A stretch of DNA of 64,000 bases, taken from NCBI GenBank assembly GCA_004431415.1, contig QPMI01000017.1, positions 186,001 through 250,000 on the forward strand, read 5' to 3'. The position numbers and the translations under genes are program-made. The first letter of the stretch is position 1, and every line of letters begins with the position of its first letter. The notes beneath the pieces are model-generated. The model was not told the origin of the DNA. It did not search any database and saw only the letters and a list, made by a program, of their open reading frames with translations. The DNA comes from Cyanophora paradoxa CCMP329. Taxonomy: Eukaryota > Plantae > Glaucophyta. Positions 1 to 10,355 of the stretch are shown piece after piece.

Positions 1-646
1 CTGGGAATTATCGACAGGTTCGCGAGGACATTGCGAGCACTGATTCAGACTGATACAGAAGCTCGTGGCTCCCCGCATTTCCTCTCACGTTTGCCGGCAA
101 TTGTCAAGGCGTACAATGAAACAGCCCACAGCTCTTTCGGCGGGGAGCACTCACCGAAGTGGATGCGGGAAAATACACAGGTAGCCGAGCAGCTGCATCA
201 AGTTAGACAGCGACAGAACGATATTGAACGAGACAATTCGAACATACCGCGCACAGGGACCGAAGTGCAAGTTCTCGAGCCGAAGCCAAGCGTTTTTGCG
301 AAGGGAACCACAAAGCCAAGCAAGGAGACGTACATAGTTGCTGGCGCTGATAAGAACCGTGTTCGACTCGTTACGAAACAGGGTGTGGAAATTTCTAGAC
401 GTGTTAAACCATCGGAAATACGTCAACCGCGTGAGCTTGCACCTCAAACACGAATCGAAAAAGAAGAAGTGCAAATGCGACAGCAGAGACGATTGAGACG
501 TGAGGGTTTGATCGAAACGAAAAAATACAGCGGCCAAAGCCGGCAGTATCGAGAGCTCAAGAAGCTTGAGATTGCAGGGGAGCCAAAGCTACGAGCAGGT
601 GCTAAAGCTGCATCACCTCGAGCTCTACAGAAGCTCCGCTCTTCGC
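1..646 (+). CDS. rve-type integrase of element B, C-terminal part; last codons displaced to ~12032-12050 by the A insertion
   Basis: Frame 1 from base 1 reads LGIIDRFARTL...YNETAHSS, matching A's integrase LGIIDRFTRTF...YNNSPHTS; removing A restores the ending ...QKLRSSRGIYAQ*. Confidence 0.8.
641..646 (+). repeat. 6-bp target-site duplication CTTCGC (partner at 12026-12031)
   Basis: Direct hexamer immediately outside both TIRs; 6-bp TSDs are typical of Polinton rve integrases. Confidence 0.93.
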
Positions 647-647
647 A

Positions 648-822
648 AAAAAAATGTAAATTGGGCATACTGCCCCACGAAATTATATATGGTAATAAAA
701 TCGAATAAACTTTAAACTTTTCGATATTCCACAAACGTTTCGACAAAACCAAATCAAAAACAAACCATTCACAGTAACCACACAAAACAAAACGTAAAAT
801 CTCAGTAAGCCTCAGTAACAAC
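648..822 (+). repeat. Left TIR of A copy 1 (175 bp)
   Basis: AAAAAAATGTAAATTGGGCATACTGCCC...CTCAGTAACAAC is the reverse complement of 11851-12025. Confidence 0.95.
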
Positions 823-1190
823 TTAAAACCTCTCATTTTTTACTGTATTTTTTGAACGCTTTTTTACTGTATTTTCTACACTAGAAATGACGATAGAAAC
901 GACAATAAAAACAATAGAATTTAAATTGTTTTTTAATCGTATATATGTCAATATATCAATGTAGTATATATGATATATATCATGCAAAATCGATTTATAG
1001 TCATACCTATAACATATCGATTTGTGTATATGTGATATATATATATATGACGTCATAATGACGATACATATGTATATGATATATATGACATACCACGTGA
1101 CTCGGGAGATCATGACGATCACGGCGATGTGTTCATTATCATATGCATGACTTGGACCAATCAGCTATCGATGACTCTTCTGTGGCTCAC

Positions 1191-1350
1191 AGGTGGCTCA
1201 TCGATAGATCAATGGGTCTTATCACATCATCGGTGGCTCATCGATAGATCAATAGGTCTTATCATATCATAGGTGGCTCATCGATGGATCAATGGGTCAT
1301 ACAACATTATCGATCTCGGATCGATAGATGAATGGTTCAATATTTATCAA
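1191..1350 (+). repeat. 40-bp tandem repeat (3 good copies plus 1 degenerate) in the left non-coding region of A
   Basis: Units GGTGGCTCATCGATAGATCAATGGGTC... start at ~1191, 1231 and 1271. Confidence 0.9.
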
Positions 1351-1360
1351 TGGTTGAGTT

Positions 1361-1451
1361 TCGTAGTATATACTCGTAGTATAAACTTGTAGTATAATTC
1401 CATAGTATAAATCCATAGTATATACTCGTAGTTGATACTCGTCGTAGAAAC
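1361..1451 (+). repeat. 13-bp tandem repeat (~7 copies, TCGTAGTATATAC-like)
   Basis: tcgtagtatatac/tcgtagtataaac/ttgtagtataatt/ccatagtataaat/ccatagtatatac/tcgtagttgatac/tcgtcgtagaaac. Confidence 0.85.
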
Positions 1452-1673
1452 CCGGGAATAACTTGAACCGGGGTATATATTTGTTCGACATTTCGTCGAA
1501 ATTTCGGTAAATCGATTATCGGCATCTTCAAACGCTTGTATCTCACCACCAGATGGTCAACTCGCAACGTTTTGCATAGCGTTTTGAAGCGCTTGTTAAG
1601 CTCTACACAACTACGTAATCATCGTATTATTTCAAGCTACCTTGTCATACAATATTTCTCACAAATCGTCCTT

Positions 1674-2432
1674 TCACACACTGATTGTGGTCATTTCTCG
1701 TTGGATCCGAGCCATCTGACCCCTTTTAATTGCTTTTCTCTTCACAAATTTCTTAAAGCCCTTCATATCATCATCAGTTAGTACTGCTCTATCAGTATAG
1801 GTCTTGATATCATAACCTTGCAGGCTCGCTATGACAGTTTGATAATTATAGCCCCATAGTCTATGCAATTCCTTGTAGGTCTTCTTATCCATTCCACCAT
1901 TGTACTCATCAAAGGCGCAATTGAACTCTTTTTCGTTCCCAAGAATATTGAAAAAGACTACGAACTCAACATTTCGACGAATCGTAGTAGAAATAGAGCA
2001 TAAACGCTGAACATTAAATATTACCGAGATTGAATAATGTCTTCCACTCGTGACCAATTTAGATAACACAGCCGAATTGTGCATATCCAAATTTGAACCT
2101 ATCATGTCATCGAGTATGATAACTAGGTTATTTCGCTTTTCGTTATTCTCAATTCGTTTCTTTTGCATACTGATCAATCTCAAAACAATGTTATCATCCC
2201 ACTCTTCATAGATGTTATCGGGATGGGTGATGTCATTGAATTGTCCAGTAAAAGCTGTTGAACTAAATATAACGATTTGATCGATCTTGTCACGAAGCTC
2301 GTAAAGTAAGTATTTTGTGAACATTGTCTTACCTGTATTGGAGCGACCAACATTCAAAATTCTTGTCGGGATTCGAACCGTCTTACTCGGATCGAACTCC
2401 GGAATATCATCAAGATTTACTGTGTTATCCAT
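1674..2432 (-). CDS. A32/FtsK-HerA-like DNA packaging ATPase (A copy 1)
   Basis: Walker A GRSNTGKT, Walker B LVIILDD, SGRHY arginine-finger motif. Confidence 0.92.
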   Translation of the reverse strand: MDNTVNLDDIPEFDPSKTVRIPTRILNVGRSNTGKTMFTKYLLYELRDKIDQIVIFSSTAFTGQFNDITHPDNIYEEWDDNIVLRLISMQKKRIENNEKRNNLVIILDDMIGSNLDMHNSAVLSKLVTSGRHYSISVIFNVQRLCSISTTIRRNVEFVVFFNILGNEKEFNCAFDEYNGGMDKKTYKELHRLWGYNYQTVIASLQGYDIKTYTDRAVLTDDDMKGFKKFVKRKAIKRGQMARIQREMTTISV

Positions 2433-2511
2433 TACAGTAATAAGATAAAAAACAAAATAAAGTACACACCTACAAATAATTGCGCTTCCTACACTAACAA
2501 AGAAAAGAACT

Positions 2512-3735
2512 TTAGAAGTTCGAGACTTTCAGGGTAGAGATGTTGTAGCCATTAAGTACCATAACATTGTGTCGGAGGCATAGATATCAACCTGAACAGG
2601 AGCGGCATCAGTGCATCCGGAAACAGTGAGATCCATGTAACTCGAGCTGCTGTTGAAGAAATCCTGGTAACCCATAACCGAGTTCCGAAGCGAATCTTTT
2701 CCAGACTTGGAAAGAACAATTCCGTAAACATTTCCAGACTCGAATCCGTACGTGGTATTGCCCACAGTAACACCCTTGTAGTGAGAAGGAATGTGATTGA
2801 CAGCAGAGAGGAAACCGGAAATGGGTTTGTTAGATATATCCAGGGAGCGATTGTTGTGGAAGATCTGGAACTGATCAATCTTAACAGCAGATTCATGACC
2901 GCAGAAATCCGAGTGAGTGTAGGTGTTAAGTTTGTTCACCTCTCGAACAGTCATCAGAATCGAGTGAACCAGACCAGAAACATTAGCGAGTGTAACCTCA
3001 ACAGATTCACCAGCATCAGCGGTTTTGAGCGCTCGGGTCTTCTTGTGAATGACCTCTGTGATCGGGATGCGAATGCCACCTTGTTCGTTCGCCATTTTAA
3101 GGAGTGTCTCAGCCTCAGCCGAAGCAATGTTTACGAATTGGCAGATCAGAGAGCAATCCGCAAAGGTTACAGATCCACCAGCCGGAACTTGGACAATCGC
3201 AGCATCACGGAAATCAACCTCGATTGTTGGCATATCGGCTAGCGTACATAATGGGAAATAAGCTTCTTCCCAGAAAGCAGCGGGGATTCTAACGATGTAT
3301 TCCATTGCTTCATCTGTGCTTTCACGATCTGTCTCTTTGAAGTAACCGAGAGAAGCATACATGCTGCTCATGGTAGCGTGATCATTATCGACCAGGGCGT
3401 TTACAGTGATCCAATCACCAGGGATAATATACTTGAAACCACCATGAACGAAACGGACCTCATTAATAAAAGAAGAACCACCATTGGGGAGGGTGCAGGC
3501 TACACCACCACCAGTGGCAATCTTGAAATAGAGCGAAACACCAGCAAGGAGTTGCTTGCGAGGTAGATCAAAGTAAGCGGTATTCTTAAAGCCAAAAGTA
3601 TTGCCTCGGGGCGAACTTGCTCGAGGAATGGTTTGTACTTGGGGTTGGTTCCGATTTGGAGACCAGGGATAGATAAATTTGATCGGAACCGGGAGTTACG
3701 AGGAGTTCCTTAAGGGTAGTTCCAGTGAGTGCCAT
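2512..3735 (-). CDS. Major capsid protein (double jelly-roll, PLV-type), A copy 1; apparent frameshifts
   Basis: Same sequence as the intact 408-aa ORF of copy 2 except single-G deletions at ~2578, ~3610 and ~3667; lies between ATPase and minor capsid genes. Confidence 0.85.
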
Positions 3736-3787
3736 CTCTTATGTTTAAAATACCAAAAGAAATTTTTAAAATGCTTTATTAAACAGA

Positions 3788-4675
3788 ATGACGCGTTACT
3801 ATCTCAATATTGATTCCAGGGACCGATCGGATGGAACCCCAACTAATTTCACATACAGACTCCCTTATGCGATCCAAAAGGTCAGAGCCTGTCGAGTAAC
3901 GAACTTTGAGATGTTTCACAATCTTTACAACCTCTCTGAAGTAGGAACCCTCACCACACAAACACTCGATAATGCTGGGAACCCAAAGAATAGAAACAAC
4001 GAAGTCCTCCGAGGTGCATATACACCGGATTCACTGGTGAATTATCTGATCGCTCGCATTGGATCCCAGCCCTATAATCAAGCGGGTGGCGGAACTTACA
4101 CTCGCCATTTCTATGTAACCTATGATCCCACAACATTGCTTCTAAGGTTCATGTGTGAGGTTCCATTCTCAATCACTATGAACACTCAACTCTTAGCCAA
4201 TTTCTGTGGTTTTGAAAATGCTAACACACTGTACCAATCGAGTCCTCTATCATCTAATGTCACAGTTGGAGCCTTTACTTATGCTCACTACATTGATAGT
4301 GAAATGCCATTAGATCTACTATTTAATTCCTATTTGCTTCTTCATGTTGATCCACTGAAAGGAAGATATGTGAGCAATAACAAACGAGATAACAATGCTA
4401 TCGCGAAAATTGAGATTGACCAAACGGTTGGCAGTCTATTAAAATATGATTCATCGAATAATTCCATGATCGTTCACGAGCAGAATGGCTTGGTTGAGGT
4501 TGAGACTCTAGATGTGAGACTTTCTTACTGGAATGGAGCCACAGCAGACATTACTACCGACTGGTCGATGACTCTTGAACTGATTACTGAAGATGATAAA
4601 GATCTGACGAAAAAAGCATTGAAGAATGTCATAAAAGAGTTGGAGGGACTCTACCTGCCGTTCTCACGGTCATAG
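3788..4675 (+). CDS. Minor capsid (penton) protein, A copy 1
   Basis: N-terminal YLNIDSRDR..FTYRLP and C-terminal LDVRL..WSMTLEL patterns typical of PLV/virophage single jelly-roll pentons. Confidence 0.8.
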   Translation: MTRYYLNIDSRDRSDGTPTNFTYRLPYAIQKVRACRVTNFEMFHNLYNLSEVGTLTTQTLDNAGNPKNRNNEVLRGAYTPDSLVNYLIARIGSQPYNQAGGGTYTRHFYVTYDPTTLLLRFMCEVPFSITMNTQLLANFCGFENANTLYQSSPLSSNVTVGAFTYAHYIDSEMPLDLLFNSYLLLHVDPLKGRYVSNNKRDNNAIAKIEIDQTVGSLLKYDSSNNSMIVHEQNGLVEVETLDVRLSYWNGATADITTDWSMTLELITEDDKDLTKKALKNVIKELEGLYLPFSRS

Positions 4676-4711
4676 GAAATACTGTAGAATAAATTTGTTT
4701 CAATATTACAA

Positions 4712-5473
4712 ATGGCTCGCAAGACTCAACCCAAGAATTTCTTAGCCAAACCAGCCGCTGAAGCGGATGTTGGCAATGGTGAGAATGGAAGGAACTGGTA
4801 TAAGAAATCGAAAGGACTCGCTGCATACGGAACTGGTGACCTCGAAAAGGAAGTCCATAAAGAACGAAACCAATTCACCCAAGCCACTACGAAAAACAGT
4901 AATGATGATAATGCCCTTGTTGACCAAGTCCCACTGAACCGCATGCCCGGAGCCAAACGAGGAATCAAGAAAGGACAGTTCAAATCATCCACAAAGGACA
5001 AGGTTGCCTCATCATCGACACTGCTGAAACTGCTTGATGGTGGTGAGCGACTCTACTCAACCTATTCCGAGAAAGACCATCGCAACCGCTACTTTATTCG
5101 TTCAACCACTGGTGGACTGAAATCTGTAACATATCAGTATGCTAAGAGTCTTGTTGATGGTATTGCAGCAGAGACCAAAAACGAAAACAAGATCAAGGAA
5201 CAGCCAATCACAAAGGAAAAGGTTGAGAAGAAACCAGAAGTAACCCATGAAGTTATTCCCGAACCTGTTCATGTGGCAAAAGACTCACCTACAGAATTGA
5301 TTGCAAAGACCATTGAGTATCAAGACTCCAACAAAACGGATTTGCCGGTTCTCAATAAGTCGATCCTTCGGGTTGCCACTTCGCAGGCTGATCCAGTCAA
5401 CTCGATTCCAAATGCTGCCCCAATGGTCTCTGGATTCGCCAAGCTTGGTATAAGACCCGGTTATCGCCGTTAA
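4712..5473 (+). CDS. Conserved Lys-rich hypothetical protein (candidate virion core protein)
   Basis: 253 aa; clear homologue in B (16102-16749) in the same position. Confidence 0.75.
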   Translation: MARKTQPKNFLAKPAAEADVGNGENGRNWYKKSKGLAAYGTGDLEKEVHKERNQFTQATTKNSNDDNALVDQVPLNRMPGAKRGIKKGQFKSSTKDKVASSSTLLKLLDGGERLYSTYSEKDHRNRYFIRSTTGGLKSVTYQYAKSLVDGIAAETKNENKIKEQPITKEKVEKKPEVTHEVIPEPVHVAKDSPTELIAKTIEYQDSNKTDLPVLNKSILRVATSQADPVNSIPNAAPMVSGFAKLGIRPGYRR

Positions 5474-5826
5474 GGATCAATCTGAATAATATAATTTCTC
5501 AAACATTGTTAGCGCTACGTAACCAATCCTATCCCGTAGGCTCAAAACTTCTTCATTTTTATGGAGGCGTTGTAGAGCGAAGTGAAATATCCATAGGTAA
5601 ATCACTTTAATCACCTGTTCTACCGGGTTCAGTGGTAGAAACTTGCAGCCGACAAGTGAACCTTCTGGGTATCGGTAGCTTTATCATTTTTCCAGCATCT
5701 TCTTTCGTACTGGATGCTCTGCAATCGGGACCAAAAATTGATTGGGTTCTCACAAAGAATATATACACGACATAAAAACTACTTAAAGATTTCTTAACAT
5801 ATATTAAGAGAGTAGAAAGGACAAGA

Positions 5827-6090
5827 ATGACGATCACAGAAGCCCAAAAGAAAGCAACTTACCGCTACCGTAAAACAGAAAAGGGTATGTTAGCGCTTGC
5901 TAGGATTAATGAGAAACGCAATGCAAAATGGAACGAACTCTACAACAATGATGAAGAATTCAGACAAGCTCACATAATGACTTCATGCAAGGCTCAATAT
6001 GTAAATAACACCATTCTCTATGTAAAGTATCTATTTGACGTTCCTCGTACCAACCGCGGACGTCCATCAAAGTATGTTAATGCTTGTTAA
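5827..6090 (+). CDS. Small basic protein with AT-hook-like RGRP motif
   Basis: 87 aa, K/R-rich helix, C-terminal NRGRPSK. Confidence 0.65.
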   Translation: MTITEAQKKATYRYRKTEKGMLALARINEKRNAKWNELYNNDEEFRQAHIMTSCKAQYVNNTILYVKYLFDVPRTNRGRPSKYVNAC

Positions 6091-6322
6091 TCGTTTTTCT
6101 CAGCGCGATTGCTCTGAGAACCCGCGGAAACCGCGCTGGAAGCAAAACTATAAATCTTTCTGTTATTTTTAGAGTTCGATGATCGAGCCAACCCTTTGTT
6201 ATTTTTATAAATGCCCTCGACTGAATTTATTTTGTTGGAGACTTTTGGTTTTGCCGGTAAAATTTGACGCGAGTATAAAATGACTTAAGGAAATAAAATA
6301 TAGAGTATATATAAAAGTGAAA

Positions 6323-9300
6323 ATGCCTCGCGCAGTAAGTATTCAGAATGCTAGAAAGAGACAAGGAATGCTAGCAAAGCTTGGTTACCTTCTTGGTGTC
6401 GGAATCATAAATGAAGAGCAATTTAACGCATTGGGTTACTTTGCCTTCATTAAGAGACTTCGATCTGCTGGTCTGAAGGACATAAGCGATACAATTGATG
6501 GTATTATTGCCAGGGTGAGGGCAGACTGAATGAGCAGGATGAAATCGAGAGATTTGGTAACGTTGAGGTTATTGAAGGTGGAAATAAGAAGACCAAAGCA
6601 GAGCGGATCGCTGAAAAACGAGACAAGAGAGCTGAAAGGAAGCAGCAGAAGAAGCAGAAGAAAGCAGGGAGAACCGCTAAGAATGTTGAGAAGCAGAAGG
6701 TTAGAGAAAGAATAGCAAAGGAGGCAAAACAGCAGAGAGAGGATGAGAAGAAGCAACGAGAGGAGGCAGAGGTGATGCAGGCTATGAATAGTCTTGTAAG
6801 TGAGGTCACTTGGAGGAACCAGACCAAAGATAACATCGCTTCTGCCCATGAGTTTATTGATAGGGTTGTTCGTTGGGATCCCTTTTACAATCGTTTTCGA
6901 GATGCTCTTCGTAACAGACGAGGTATTAAGTATAACCTCTACAGCATGGCGAGATATGTGAAAGTGGCAACTGGAGAAATAAGAACCATGCAATGGACCA
7001 CCCCATTCTACCTTCTTGTCAATGATCAAGAGATTGTTGATACTGTTGATGAATCAATTGATGCATTGCAGGAGGTTCTCACTTCACCTGATAGTTGGAA
7101 GCTAGAAAACATCTTAACAGTTCGCTTGCAGATTCTTACTTATCAGCCACTCGCAGGTAGCTCCTATATTGACCTCCCACCAGGAATAAAAAAGCGTAAA
7201 GCTGTGATTAATCCACAGAACAAAGATAATAAATGTTTCGCATGGGCGGTAACTATTGGACTACATCAACATGAGCTATCTCATAAACACCGATATGATG
7301 TAAAGCGATACAAGAAGTATGAGAATGAGTTCAATTGGAATAAGTTTGAGTTCCCATTCAAGAATGATCCTCGTCAGTACGAACGAGCATCAAAAATGAT
7401 TGGTCGACCAATCAATGTGTATATGGTCGATCGATCACATATCGTTCCAGTCCATATCTGTAAGGACCCATCCCAACAACATCTTACAATTGACATTCTT
7501 CTGTGGACTGTCAACGAAAAAACCCACTATGGTTACATTTCTAGCATGTCAAGGTTAATATCGAATTCACACCATGGAACTCGCCATTTCTGTAAAGCTT
7601 GTTTGAGAGGGTTCACCAGTGAAACGGTATTGGAGACCCACATTAAACACAACAAGTGTTACGATCGACCAAATGCAACAGTTGACACAATGCCACCAAG
7701 CGGATCTAAGACCAAGTGGGACCCAAAGAGACATGTTGACAAGACTGTATGGCATCCAATGTTTGTTGTTGCTGACTTTGAATGTATATTGCAAAAGGTG
7801 GATGAGACACGAGGTGAAAACACTGCAGTCTACCAGAAACACATTCCCAGTGGATACAAAATCATGGTTATCCACAACGATGAGATTATCAAACAGGTAT
7901 TGTATCGAAAGGAGAACCCAGAGAACGATGATGAGGTTACACAGCACTTTATGGAGACACTGAAAACGATTGAATCCGATTTACTTGAGAAGCTTAGACA
8001 TGTTGCCCCAATGGTTATGGAACAATGGCACAAAGAGGATTACAGAGATTCTGTTGCTTGCTACATCTGTGGAGATGAGTTTGGAGCTACTGTAACCGAT
8101 GATAATGGTAACACATATCAAGTTAAAAAGGTTAGAGACCACGACCACGTTACAGGAGATTACATTGGAGCAGCTTGCAATACTTGCAATCTGAAACGAA
8201 AGATCAATCCAAAGATCCCAGTTGTGTTCCACAATCTAAAAGGTTACGATGGACACTATATTCTGAAGGCTTTGAATTTCAATGAACCTGGTAAGGAAAT
8301 TCGTTGCATTGCCCAGAATTTTGAGAAGTTCATAGCATTCGATATGGGACCATACAAGTTCATGGACTCTCTGAATTTCATGGCTTCGAGCCTTGATGGT
8401 CTGGTAAAGAATCTCAGTAAGAATAATTTCAAATTCACCAATGAGTGGTGTGATTCTGTAAATTATTCACAGGAACAGCGAGAGCTACTGATGCAAAAGG
8501 GACACTTCCCTTACGATTACCTGGATAGCTTCGAGAAACTCAGTGAGACCCAATTACCTCCCAAAGAAGCTTTCTACTCGAAACTCAATGATACTGAATT
8601 GAGTGATTCTGACTACAAGCATTGCCAGATGGTATGGGATGCTTTCAACTGCAAGACTCTCGGAGATTATCACGATATCTATCTTGCTACTGATGTTGCT
8701 CTGCTTGCTGACGTTTTCAATACATTCCGCAATGTTTGCTACAGTAATTATAAGATCGATCCTATTCATTTCATTTCAGCCCCTCACCTGTCGTGGTTCG
8801 CGATGTTGAAATATACAGGTGTGGAGTTGGAGCAATTGAGTGACCCTGAAATGTATAGATTCTTTGAACTTGGAATTCGTGGAGGTGTTTGCATGGTTCC
8901 CAATCGTTATGCAGAGGCTAATAACCCCTACATGAAGTCTTATGATCCATCAAAGTCAACAAAGTATATCACCACTTGGGATGCCAACAATCTGTATGGG
9001 AAAGCGATGAGTTTCAAGCTACCCAGAGGTGGATTTGAGTGGATTGATGACATCGAGAATTTCGATTATATGGGCTTTGATGTGGAAGGTGATAGAGGTG
9101 CAACTTTGGAGGTTGACTTGGAATATCCAGAACACCTACATGATCTTCACAGTGATTTACCTCTTGCTCCCGAATCTCTAATAATCACCAAGTCAATGAT
9201 TTCACCAACACAGCTTGAAATGATTGGTGATGAAAAACTACCCCAGACTCGTAAGTTGGTTCCCAATCTGATGAACAAGACCAATTACATCCTACACATC

Positions 9301-10350
9301 AAAAACTTGCAGTACTACATCTCAAAAGGATTGAAGGTAACAAAGGTTCATCGTGGGATTATGTATGATCAATCTGAGTGGCTGAGACCATACATCGATT
9401 TCAATACCGGACTGCGGACGCAAGCTCGTAATGATTTCGAGAAAGATTTCTACAAACTCATGAATAACTCAGTTTTCGGAAAGACCATGGAGAACGTTCG
9501 CAAGCGAAGTAACATAAAGCTTTGCAACGATCCCAGGGTGCAGCTCAAACACAACGGCAATCCATTGTTGAAGACAGTGAAGATTATCAATGAGAATCTT
9601 ACTGCTTTAGAGTTCTATAAGGGTTCTATTATGTTGGATAAACCCATTTATGTTGGTCAGGCTATCTTGGATCTGTCCAAACTAATCATGTATCGTTTCC
9701 ATTACGATTACATCATGGTGAAGTATGGACCTGGATCAGCCAAGCTGCTCATGACTGATACAGATTCCCTGTATTATCTGATTGAGACTGACGATATCTA
9801 CAAAGACATGATTGAGGATTCTCATTGGTTTGATCAGTCTGATTACAGCAAATCCCACATCTGTTACAACCCTAAAAATAAAAAGGTTCCCGGTTTGTTC
9901 AAGGATGATTGTGGTGATTATCTCGTTACAAGGTTTGCTGGTTACAAACCAAAAGCATACTCCTACGAGAAGGAGTTGAATGTTAAGGCTCTGGGATCAG
10001 AAGAAAATGTAAAACAGGTGATTGCTGACAAGTTGAAGGATTTGTTAAGAGTGAAGTCGAATGCTACGGAAGCTGATGTTATTGATAGTAAGGTTAAGAA
10101 GTTGAAGGGAGTTCAGCGGTCAGTAGTGCAGAATAGGTTAGAGTTCCTACAATTCTACAACACTGTCATGTATCCAATGAAGGAGCGGGAGAAAGTAACA
10201 GTTCGAGGTTTCCGATCAAAGAACCACGAGGTAACAACGCAGGAAATGAAGAAAAGGGCATTCAATGCGCTCGATACTAAGAGGTATCTTTGTGAGGACC
10301 TCTATACTACTCTTGCGATTGGACACTATAAAACAAAAACAACACTATAA
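6323..10350 (+). CDS. Protein-primed family B DNA polymerase (N-terminal basic region, vOTU-like protease, Zn finger, exonuclease with EndoVII-like insert, polymerase); 1-nt frameshift at ~6513
   Basis: ExoI VADFE, ExoII FHNLKGYDGH, ExoIII YLATDV, Pol motifs WDANNLYG, KLMNNSVFGK and TDTDSL; copy 2 has GGGG at this site and joins the N-terminus in frame (~1342 aa). Confidence 0.95.
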
Positions 10351-10355
10351 TAAGG

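Noticed and set aside
1191-1451. CRISPR or ncRNA array in A
   Set aside because: Head-to-tail tandem repeats without unique spacers.
444-1781. ORFs over the TIR and subterminal repeats (444-836, 823-1122, 1297-1781; also 11849-12193, 57363-58530)
   Set aside because: Low-complexity or repeat-derived and crossing element junctions, with no protein motifs.
2512-6530. Pseudogenisation or programmed frameshifting of A's MCP and pPolB
   Set aside because: Each break is a 1-nt homopolymer deletion that is intact in the other copy; best explained as sequencing error.
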